This document shows, one piece after another, positions 27,701 through 39,700 of a DNA stretch of 64,000 nt (position 1 is its first letter; each line of letters begins with the position of its first letter). This DNA is from Phallusia mammillata (Eukaryota). A model generated the notes under the pieces. That model did no database searches. It was not told the DNA's origin and worked only from the letters and a program-made list of their open reading frames with translations. Made by a program: the position numbers and the translations under genes. The stretch lies in assembly GCA_965637545.1 (NCBI GenBank), contig OZ281494.1, positions 9,176,001-9,240,000 of the forward strand. Direction: 5' to 3'.

Positions 27701-30700
27701 GATAACGATTTTATCACAGCACTTTGTATTCTCAATTTTTAAAAATACGGATCAGTTGAAACCACTATCAGGTAATGTTCAAAGTTTTGTGAACATTTGT
27801 TTTGTACTTTTTTATTTTATTTCAGTTTTGCACATCCTTTTAGTGCGGACTTTATTGGCCAGTTTTTTATTTTGCAGTCTAATGGTCAAGCACGAAGGTT
27901 CGTGTAATGGTGAAGCACGAAGGTTCGTGTAGAAAGCAAACGGTTCTTAAAAGGCGGCTTATGGAATCTTAATGTCATCCATTTAAGCACCCGTCCATAT
28001 TCGGCGGGTGTAAGTCGCCTTCGATGCAACAAAATGTCACGTGATTCACTAGCGGTCACGTGATTCACCGAGACGTGCAGGGATCGGCAGCAAGTTAAGC
28101 ACGGCCGAACCGCAAACCATTTTCTGACAGAGGGCGGAGCGCGATTAAAAGCCTCATGCGTCAATAAGACTATTGTGGGCCTGCAATTTTCCGGGATAAT
28201 AACAAAAACCCGAACCGTTTGAAAACAGCATCGCACAGCTCGAAGTGGATTTTTATAGCGCGATGCCACCTGAACATTCTACTGAGGATTACTGCTGGCA
28301 TGAGTTGAAGTGCTGCACTCGACAGGGTGGCCATTAGTGAAACACAGATGCGCAATGGCTGGCGGGTCGATTTGGCAATTCATGGAGCTTTCCAGCAGTG
28401 CGGCCTACCGCATTCACCACTGCAATTTCGGTATTTCCTGTTGATAGCTTTAGATTAAGGCGAAAGAATGCAAATTCCACGCAATCAACACGACTAAATG
28501 CAGGTTCTTTAAGAAACCCGCCAGCAGGCAATAGATACCAAGAAAAACTCCTCCCAGAAACATTGCACAAACAAAAAGACAAAACGCGAGTCGCGGCGTA
28601 GAAGGACTACGTGGTGATTTAGACAAGCAAATGATCGAATGCAAAAATTACACGGTTTCGGAAAGGTTTCTCTAAGATACGCAACTCCACGCCTTCCACG
28701 CAAACAGATTATAAAACGTTTCGGATACCTCTTTTTTTAAATATGCTTTCGGGATATTACTCAATACGGCATGGTACTGTATATGTTAACGCATATACGA
28801 ATATTAGCCCAAAAGAGAAATCTGAGATTGTAATTATACAAACTCTCACCCCGACCCCAATAGCCCAAACCGTCAGCATTTTTTACCTTTTATTAGTAAA
28901 TTGCGTACTCAAGAGTAGCCAGTTTCGGAATGCATTCGCTCAAACAAATTCCCCTCGCGTGGTTTCATAAATCGGGTTATCCAACAATTTGTTAAAATGC
29001 ATTCAACATTTTTACAAGTGGCTAAACTGTATAAAAGGCAACATGAAAGTTGCGTGCAGAAAAAAAGATGCACTAATTTTTTCTATGCAGCAACGTAGGG
29101 TGACAAAACTTCAATGCATCTGCACAAATTTTCATGACCGAAGTAAATAAAGTCTAATAGGCGTTACTGGGGATTTGCTATCAGGTTTGAAAATGATAAA
29201 ACAGCAAGTGCTCCCTCAGTTTCACAATAACAAACCTACTTGTGAACGATTTTGGCACGGGAGAATCCTGCATGCGCGTTTAATTGGATTCGATAACGAG
29301 AACTAATCCCGTAATTTTGTCACGCCCGTGCTTTCGAGACCAAAATAGCCCGTGTTGTAATTTACCTCAATGCGACGTTGCTTGTTTTCGTACCAACTGC
29401 TTGGTACACTTGAAGCCAGTTCACAACCGAGTTGTACGCAATAGATCGTATGTTAAAAAAGTACGGTGAAGGCGATTTAATCATTGTCTTTGCGTATGTG
29501 ATTCAATATGTGAAAACCCGCTTCTAATAAGCTACAGAAATGACTTTCAATGCTGATATATCAGTAGAAAATAGGGCGTTTTTTCAGAAAGTTTGGATAT
29601 CAAACGTAGCAACACGTTTTCCACTTGCAAAGTAAGCGTTTGCCGATTTTTTTATTTGTTTTTATAACTTCAGTATTTTACAATAACTTGGATTAATCAA
29701 GCGATCCCTATAAACTTATTGTTTCAAATTTAGCTCAGGCACTTGGTATTTGTAAGCCACGGTTTTACAGCAAACAAACAACATACAGCACGCCAGCGTG
29801 AAACCTCCGACTGAACCTTCCACGTAAATAAGCGAGGCATTGTGGTTAGGCGCTACCCAGTGATTTGCTACTTTTCGGGCGTGAACGAAAATGTAATGGC
29901 TCGCCCCTTGCCGTTTATGACCAAACATAAGGTTGGACCTGAACGGGCAGCGGACCAATTTCGTACAGCGATTATATACAAACATGATGCCACAGGCGAT
30001 TTTCGCGCTTGCCATGGAGCGGAACTTCCGTGCGTTGGTGGAAGTTGTAGTCCGCCCGTAAGGCACATGACAAATCTACACGCGCCTTCCAAAAACCTGC
30101 GAGAATTTTCTTGAAAAATTATGTTCCTTGTGCAACACGGGATTTTTTGGCGCGTACCAATATGGAACACAAACAAACACTTTGCGGAAGTTTACCTTGA
30201 TTTCAAAGCGCATTTGGGGGAGCAATTTTGTCCAGGTTAAATATGGAACACAAAATGCCTCTTACGGAAAATTTAACCTAAATTCAGGCGCCTTGTCAAT
30301 GCAGAATAAGGGAGCAATTTTGTCCAAGTTCTCAAATGAAAATTAATATTGCGGCACCGCCCATTCCAATTTCAATCGAGTCGCAAAATTGGCTTAAAGC
30401 TCAGTTTGCTGGGACGTTTACAACGACAGGAGGGAGTTAACGTTGCAACAAAAGTTACGGAGCGTGTAGTACGTGATAGTTTCGAATCTATTGCAGCCGC
30501 AGATCCTAATGAGGGCTCGCGGGATGTGCAATAAAGCCTTACTCGGTTATTGGCAGTTATTAGTGAGATTCTCACGCTAACGAGCTCCCCGGCACGCAAG
30601 TTACAGTTGTTATGGTGCGAGAAACAAACTAACTTATGACTCGACACAAATTTTTATCAACAGCGCTGGATCGCTAAATGCGGAAGACAAGAATAGACAG

Positions 30701-33700
30701 GATAATTTTGCGCAAGTCACAAGATATATCAACGCATGCTTTTGTGACTACACATTTGGAAGGTCCCGTTCCGGCCAATAAGGGTGTGGAAATGAACAAC
30801 AGGGTGTGCTTATATTGATATGCATCACGATATGTCATGCATTGGCTTGCACCGCATAATGCGACTCTTGTCTAAATAAAGCCGAACCACGGGTACGCAC
30901 GGGCCAGGGGCGCCGGTCGATTATGTCACTCGCACGTGAACGTGACCTGACGTCAGGGCGCGCGGGCGCGTTCGGAGGGATTGTCACTAATTGCGCGAAT
31001 ATTTTTATTTTCCAGATTGTTCCGTGTTTAAATACAAACGCCCGCAAACTTTTTTTCGGGCCTGGCTACTCGTATATAAGCGACACCGCTGTCCGAAAAC
31101 TTACCAACCAATACCGACCAACCTTCAGAAGTGACCGTGAAGCAAAAGTATCAAGTGCAAAAAATCGGGAAATATTGTTTAATTAAAAAAGGAAAGAAGA
31201 AATGAAGAGTGTCGATTTAATATCAGTCGCTGTTCTGGCCATGGCGACTGGTGCTGTGGCCCAAACTCCCAACCTTTTCGGTAAGTGTTTTACCTTGCTT
31301 TTTCGTGAATCATAGCATGCTCACGGGCCGTTTCGCTTCTCGAAACGTTATTGTTGTTCGCGGTGCGGTAGTGCCACATGCACATTACGTTGTTATGGCA
31401 ATGGCCAGGATGTTGAAACTCAATTTTTCACGGCTAAATGGTTACAAGGGTTCGAACCTATGATGTCCGCATACGAACTGCAATGTTAATGGCAAAACCG
31501 GCAATGAAAAATCGGAAATCCGCTGCGTGACATTTAGTTTTGCGTTCACTCTCGAATGACCCTTTATGCGATATTTGGCCATTACATCATGGTTTTCCCC
31601 ACTTCGCGCTCATGTTGCAGCGACGTATTGCACACAAATGAATGTGCGATAACAGCCGATATTTGATTTGGCTGCCAACAAAAATCACATTTCCGCAAGT
31701 GATTTCTTAAAGGGTAACTTAAACAAACATCCTCTCGAATCTTAATGAATGCACATAGCACATTTTTCAGCGAAAAGCGTTCTATAGCGATTACGTGACA
31801 AGCGCTATTGGTATTCTAAAGTGGAAGGTTCGTGATGCAGTATGCAAAAGACCGAAAACGCAAAACGCTCTCTGAGTGCATAGTACCTTGCGGGCGCCTG
31901 AGGCAGCAGAGAGCCTGAGCTTTTTAAACAAGACATCAGACGGCTGCAGTGGCATTCGAGAGAACTCGACGCGAAAGAAGAGTCCACTAGTAGTGGCGCA
32001 AATTTTACAATAAAGCAAGTATTAATTAGCTGCCGTTTAAGGCGGGGCCTTCTTCGCTGCGCAGAGATGTAAAGCAAAGCTCAGAATCTTAATTTGAACC
32101 AGTTGGATGGTTCATCCTCTCAGCACAGTGTTAAGGTTACGAAGAGCAAGAAGAGCCAATCAGATGCAATTTAAAGGTTATTCGCAGATTAAGACCATTG
32201 CGATTATGGTAGGGTGGAGTAATTCGAGTAGGCTTGCGGAGAAAATTACCACAACTATTAGGATCGAGAGACGTTTTTCAGTTGTGGAACATTATACAAC
32301 AGATTTGTACACAATCTGAATCGTTGCATTCATAATAGGCCTTGTTTTACTTTGACTTTTGGTAAAAAAAACAACTTTGCTAAAAACAACGGTGCGAGGC
32401 GATATAAAGAATGAAGAGTTTAGATTTTACCAATTGTGATGAGACAAATCAAGACAGTAAACACCTAAATGGACAAAAAAAACTAAAACTAAAAAATATT
32501 TCAAAAAACAGTAGAATTGTTGATACAAATATCGGCAAAACACTAAACTTTAGTTAAGAATTAGGGATAGCTTTTATCCTCTCCCTGATAATAAAAAAAA
32601 CACTTAGGCCCTATTTCATTTAGTTATTTCTTTATTTTAGTGTCAATAAACCATAATTTTTAACTGAAAATATTTATCTTCTGGAGACGAGAAAAGCGGA
32701 TATGGCACTTGTGAGATTTACAATTTTCGGTAAGTGTTGATTAATGCACGGACACCATTTTGGAATTAACTAGCTCCAGAGGCCAATAACCAACCACAAA
32801 TGGGCGGAGGCTTTCCAGATCCAGCGCCCAACCATGTTCTTGGCGTGGGCACAAAAGGGCGTAACACTGTGATCCCGCAATTACAGTAATTTCGGCATTA
32901 AGGCGAAGTGTCACTTGGTTGGCCGGGATCATTGGCTCTGTCTATAATCAGGCGCTTAGCAAGACACTCAAAGAGCAGTGAAGGTGTTCATTAAGCGTTT
33001 CCCGTGTAGAGTTTGCGTGAGCTGACGCAACGTCTGCTGTCGAGCGCAAGTAATTGTTGGATTTCGGAAATTCGCCTAATCACGGTTTTATACGCTTTAT
33101 GGGGATAATGGGGGTATTACAGATACCATAGAAAGGCTGTAATGCCAAAAAGCCGGTTGATCTCATATACGCACAAAAGTCAGGAAATGGGCAAAAACAC
33201 CTAAAACTCCCTGATACTAATACGAAGCGACATAGGTGTATACACAACGGTATACCATCATCTTCATGCAACTAACATATGCTTTCAAAGTTACCGTACC
33301 ATTTACAAACGTAAATAAGGCTGTAGACCGTTGCAGTTACACAATGCATTCAAAACCATCCACAATTTTACTCAAATGCAATATTTGCTTGTTAAATTTC
33401 CGGAGGAGAGTTTACTTCGATCGATGAACCTAACAAAAATTCTCATTTTTCGCAGTTTACCTACTTCTACAACAGCAGCAAGCGCTTGCTAATCACAGGC
33501 GACAACAGGAGCTCACGAGGCAGAGCGCACCCTCATGGAATGAATGGGGGAAGTGGAGCACATGCACAAGCACCGCGCAAAACGGTATGAGAGTAAGAAG
33601 TCGATCGTGCGAAGGATCTGAAACTTGCGATGAATTGGAAGGGGACAATTACCAAGTGGAAACGTGCAGTCATAAAGGTGAGGCTACAAGAAAAATAATT

Positions 33701-36700
33701 CAAATCCAATTATGGGTAGAATGGTTTAGGAAACGCCATCGGCGCATTTGGTCTGCAGCTAAACAGTGGAAGATAGAATTAGAAAAGACATCTTTGAAAT
33801 CGATATTTTACATGATGGCTTAGTGATTAGTTTACAAAATCTTCAGGACATAACATTGCGCACATAACAACTTTTCACCGACTATTATTTTTGTGCACTG
33901 TTTTTAAAACTATATAAAAACAACGCCACAATAACCCTTTTTTGTCATTGTCCAAATCGGATCTTGTTTCCTTTATAATCTTTTTGAGTTTCCAATCTTG
34001 TTTTTGATGTTGCAGGAACGCACAATATGGACCCGGATATCGTCAATCAGTGTGAGAACGACGATGCAATGAAAAACAGCATGTCGTGTAAACTTTACAT
34101 GGAGAACTCCACTCTCGCATACGACATATACGTCACAACGGGGTAAGCAAAATGCACACCAAATTCTTCGCAAATACACCCAGAAGTGAAACCAAAAATC
34201 GCAAAATGTTATCCCAACGATTTGTTACCTTTTTAATATAAATCGTTTGTATGCAGCGAAATTGACATTAGAATGAGATTTCTGTATAGTGTTTTTTGCT
34301 TTGATGGCGATTTCAGTGCAAAATGCGTAGGTTTAACGTAACAGACATCTTTAATGAACATCTTCAACACTTCCCAAATCCACCATCTTTAAGTTATTTA
34401 ACTTTGCGCAACTTGCAGATGTATAATGAACGTGCTGGACGACAGCAACTACAAAGGCGACGAATCGAAATTTGTTTTCGGGCGACCAGCTGAAACTAGA
34501 ACCGGTGAAGTATCGGCGATGTTTGACACTTTCCTTGAAACTCAACCGATGACCACCGGACGAATTTCATCAACCAATCAGCAACCAGCACCCCAGGGAG
34601 ACGTCGGGCAACCAGAAAACCGTGGATTGAGCGCTTATATAAACAACCTATTCTGCTTAGGTTAGTATTGCATCTTTTGTACACGAAGGATGATATTTTT
34701 ATGTCCACGTATGCAACACTGAGTTTTGTATGCAAAAATTGGCTGTCGATTGACAAATAAATTCGCGTGACTCGATTAGTCTGGCCCAGTTCTAAATCCC
34801 GAATCGGTTGCACGAATCAAAACTGATTCCAAAATCTCTGTCTGTTGGATAAAGAAATCTCATTCATAAAAATCCTATTTCCGGACATGCAAAACTTAAT
34901 GACCCAAATTGATGTTTAGATTCCTGCCAAAGAGTGGTCGTAATGGCGACCGGCGTATCTTCCGTGCTGACAAGAGCCCCGCTTACAATCGATGGCGTCC
35001 TCTCTCTTCTGGCCACCAGAGCCCTACTTGGCAGCTCCTCAGCTATTAGTTCGGAATATTCGACGTGCATCGCAGAATGCCAGTAAGTAAAACTTTGTAC
35101 TACAACAAATCACGTGAAAGTCGCCCATTTACTCCAAATTTCATAACAGATGTTTAATTTCGTCACTTAAATCTTAACATGGTTTTTACCATGTACCCAT
35201 AACGCAAAAGTTGGTAATTTACTGACCATTTGTCTATTACAATTTAAATTAAGGAACATTTTTGCCTTCTTTCTCATTCAGTGTTATTTCTTGCAGGCTT
35301 TTTGGTGTCCAATACGCCTTTGCACGTTTGGATCTCGCTAGCCGCGGCCAAGATCGAACACAATTGTCTGGCGATCTTCAAGTATCGCCCTTAGCGCCTC
35401 CAGTGGTCCTGCCACCGGCACCACCGACACCTCCGATCACAGGCAAACGACGCCGACGATCTGTCCCACTCATTACCGCCCGTGGACTTACACTCAGCTA
35501 CGAGCGATTTATGAGTTTAAGACGGCGGTTGGCCAACGCAAGGCGCGGCGGATTTAAACCTACGGGCGTTCCCAAAACCACGAAGTCTCAGCGAACGAAA
35601 CCAACCACTGCGAGCCTTGTTGCTGCCGACAACGAAGACAAAAACGCGACAAAACTGAGAGGTAGAATCACCGGAAAACGCCCGAAGCCAGCCAGGATTC
35701 CCGATCCAGGTGTGCTGGCTGAAAGCGCCGACCACCATAATATCAGCGCCATTTTGGTACGGGGAAAACGTCAGGCACCCATCTCGCCCGCCTCCTACAC
35801 CAATCCGTGTTTCGCAACCGAAGAGATATCACGTGACCCAAGAGTACGCAATATGGACGACACGAGAGGGGAATTGTTCTTCTTCGAACGGCGGAGACAG
35901 GTTCGTGTCTCTTTACTCCTCACTTAACAATTGTAAACGCTTTTATTCCTCCTCAGTAGACTACATAGTAGATGCTAAATCAGGCAAAGATCATTTAAAA
36001 TTAGGTCTATTATCAAACTTCACACTTTATATTCCCAGAGCTGAAGTGTCTATTTACAAACTATATGCACAAATTAAAGTAAATTCCTTCCCGGTTGGGA
36101 ACCACTGTACTATATCATTGAAATTTTAGGCAGATGAAAGACCCTAAATTTAACACTATTAAACCGTTTTATGATGTTAATAATGACCAAATCACCTTTT
36201 GGTTAAAACAAAATACATATACCCAACATAACGGTGGTACATTTTTATGCAGAGATTTCTGCGGAGGAATTGCGCGGGTCCAGCAATTGTAAGCGGTGCG
36301 CTGTTTCAACCCAACGAGAGGGTAATGGTAGAAAGAACGCAAGATCTTGCCATATGCAAACAAGGCTTCCTGCCAAGATTCGGCCTGATGATCTTTTACG
36401 ATGATGAGGTGGGTAAAACATTCCTAATATAAATGCGTATACATACCTAATAGATACATTTGTCAGAAGATGTCAAGTGTATACAACGGCTGGCAGTAAC
36501 TGTTTGTACTAGTTCAAACGCTTTTGTTCGTTTTTGTAAAAGCGATGCCATTTTTTTCCGTTGTAATCTGACATGATCTACGCGTTTAGAAAAAAACAAA
36601 TTGGTGAACGTATTAAGCATAAAATGCGTCTGTATATAGTAGGAGGTCATGGGGCATGGGTTGTATGGCCAATGATATTTCGATGCAATTGCGCACAATT

Positions 36701-39700
36701 TTGTCAACTGTGACGCAAACCAGATTGATCAGATTTCACGAACAAAAACCTTAGAATGGAGAAAATCAAGAATTCAAAATACCCACACATTTTGCCACTA
36801 ATTTTTTAAATGATTATAGCTTAAGTCGACAAACTGCGAATAATGCAGTGTTTTCCTGATTCATTGCCACCGCGGTACAATATCATGTTTTTCCCACTTG
36901 ACAATTGTTCCCACTGTCACAGTTGTGGGTTGGAAGCACTTGAAAGTCCAGACGCCTTGACGCATATGCAGAACAGCACCACGCAATTACAAATCAATCG
37001 ACTGAAATTATTTTCGTTACAAGCCAAAGACAAACATTTTAACGAAACATTCCATTTCCAACCGTGAACGTTTGACTTTTGCCCTTTCCGGTAACGCCGT
37101 GATAAACAACGCTGTCCAAACCGTCTTTGACGCACGCCAGGTCGCAGAGCAGATGCCGACACACGTGCAGTTGTGCAATAAACATGTCCGCGCGTAATTA
37201 ATCTGCCCCGGATGCAACACGCCTGATTGGGATCGACTGCTTTCACATGCAATCCTAGATCAAATCCTACGCACAATGCCTTGACGTGACCTTGTTTTTC
37301 TTGCTCTGTTTTAGGGAGAGTACGCCTTTCAGGACGGCCGGCGGTTCTCGGTCAAGTTAAAGCAATTCAAACTGGAATCAAACTGCGAGCTGTCAGTGTC
37401 GGTCTAACGACGACCACACCCCCGACACGCCCGCACGGCGTCAACAACATCGAGATCGGAGCGAAACCTGCTTCCGAGAATGAGACGCAAAACCCCCGTC
37501 CCTTTTACGTCAAAGATCGATCATTTTTACGTCATCACCACGTCACTGAGGTCTTCATCATTTCATTTGTCATTTGTGTTTTATTTTTGCGCACTTGCAG
37601 AACCCCTGGTAGCTACACTATATACACGCAGTTTACAACAGGGTTTAATATATACAGCGTTCTGCTGTGGGTATATTTAACGATATTTCAGTAGTTTTTT
37701 TTAGTTTTTGTATTCCATGGATTAAGTGCTACCATGTTTTTGTTTCCTTATCATTTGTATTGATTGTTCTGTTCTGTCTGTTGCATTTTTGTTATTCTTT
37801 TTTGTTTGTTGTACAAAAATGTGCCTCTTGTTCAAAGTTTTATGCACAGAATGAATGTTGCAATACACCTCGAAAACATATAAAACCAAAAGGCTTTTTT
37901 TTTTTTTTTGGACCAAAACTCACTATGCAACTTTGAGCAAAAGACAAACAAGATGTACCGGACAGAACGTGCTTTATATAGCAAACAGTGAACTTACGAC
38001 CTATCAAATGCTCCGTTTTTGCGTAAAACGCAGGTGTATTGAGGCAAGTATGGGTATAGTGGGTAGTTTACGGTTTCAGAGCGTGCACCTGTTCAACATG
38101 ATAGTGGATGATTGACAGAATAAGAAATTAAGTTGGCCGCAACCTCGCCCTGCCTTTCACCTTCAGTTGGTTGCAGCTAACGGGAAAACGACATTATAAC
38201 AACTTTACATTAGTAGATCTTTGAAATAAGCAACAAAACACAGAGCCTTGGGACTGGGGTAAAGGTTGTTCGACAAGGCAGTTAACAATACAAACAGTAT
38301 TTTTATGTTGGACAAAATTACTGTGGACAATTTCAAAAAGTTTTTTTACAAGTTTTTTTCCACGATTTTGTCACGCGTGTCCCTAATTTACTGCCCAAAG
38401 TACCAAACGACTGCACCTACAGATACCCAAAGAGAAATGGTTGGTCAATAGTCATCAGATATTACAACATCCATCCAGCGGCGAAACAAAAAAATATCCA
38501 GACACCCCATTAGGAAATAACAGCACCAAACATGCTGGCGTTTTCATAAAGTCCAACTCCATGCACAATTGCATGTTTGAAAAAATACGTGTCAAAGTGA
38601 ATTCAAGCCAGCCACATTAAACACCGGCCGTTATTCCGATTCTGAACCAGACCTGCTCATTATCGGCTGCCAGCGACGGGTGGCGACCACAGGCAAAATA
38701 ACTCAGGTTTCAAAAGGTGCCTTTTAACATGCACTTGCGCATGGATTCAACAACGTAGGATGACATTACACGCGATGATACCTGACAAAGTTTTGTCGAA
38801 TCAAAATTTTCCCAGCCGTTTTTGAGAAGAGCTCGTTTTAAGATCGACAAGAGGAAGATTAGCTTGGGATTTACATTTTTTAGCAGAGTGGCCTGACGCG
38901 TTCAATTTGACGACTGCCTGCCAGTTAAAAATTCATGTTGAAATTACGTAAGCGAAGATCTATCTCCGTTGAGAAACATTTTCAACAAAAAAATTCACTC
39001 CGCAATTGAACAAAACGTTACTAAACCAACTTACGCAATGTGCAACTACTTACTAATCGGTTTCCATACAAACTGCAAAAGCTTCTAATCGATTTTCCAC
39101 AAACTCAACATACAAAATTTGCAGCATCCAAGCGATTAAAAGTTTAAAATAAAAATAAGAGGCTATTGTTTTTTTTATTTAAACGACCCCGACAGTCGAG
39201 GATGGGTTTGATTTTTACCCTCTATGTCATAGAGTCTATGACGTCACAAAAGAGGAGGTATACAAAACCGAAAGTTGATACCTAGCAGTATGACGTAACG
39301 TTTGAAACATCAAAAATAGTGTCCGTTTTGTGAGATGTAAATCCAGACATAACTTTTTGCGATTAAAAAATAGCAGAAGTAAAACTAAGAAGTTTGCACG
39401 AACGCAAAGAGTGAAAAGTTGCGTCATCCGTGGAAATATGCGTGCAACATTCAGGTTCACCGAAAGCCAACCTTTTAAACCACAGCAGAAAACGGCCATT
39501 TAAATGTGGGTGGAAATCGACGCATGCAGGACACCAGCAATTAATGTGAAAACAATTTTCTCCACGGCCCATGTACTGTGGTTTGAGTGGAGTGTACGCC
39601 CTATAGTAAGAGTTAATTACCACATCCTAATAAGCTAATAAGAGTGATGCTTTAGGCGGGACAGGCATGTATATTTGACAGGTTGAAATATACACAGTAG

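Noticed and set aside
27888-27932. Two copies of aagcacgaaggttcgtgta containing a hairpin; CRISPR-like at first glance
   Set aside because: Only two units with a ~5-bp spacer, no cas genes, eukaryotic intron context; it is a local duplication.
31800-32200. MADF/Harbinger-like remnant (KWKVRDAV...ESLSFLNK)
   Set aside because: Interrupted by stops with too little similarity to call, and it cannot serve as an in-frame exon for the nested TSP1 gene.
37315-37690. Alternative long frame with a TM-like stretch (VFIISFVICVLFL) after the acceptor at 37314
   Set aside because: It needs phase-1 entry while the upstream model ends in phase 0, and the hydrophobicity reflects T-rich 3'-UTR-like sequence. 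Not supported without RNA data.
39236-39499. THAP-like ORF (MAVFCC...IFPR...KKLCLDLH)
   Set aside because: The C2CH spacing and the conserved Trp are not intact; at best an unrecognisable TE fossil.
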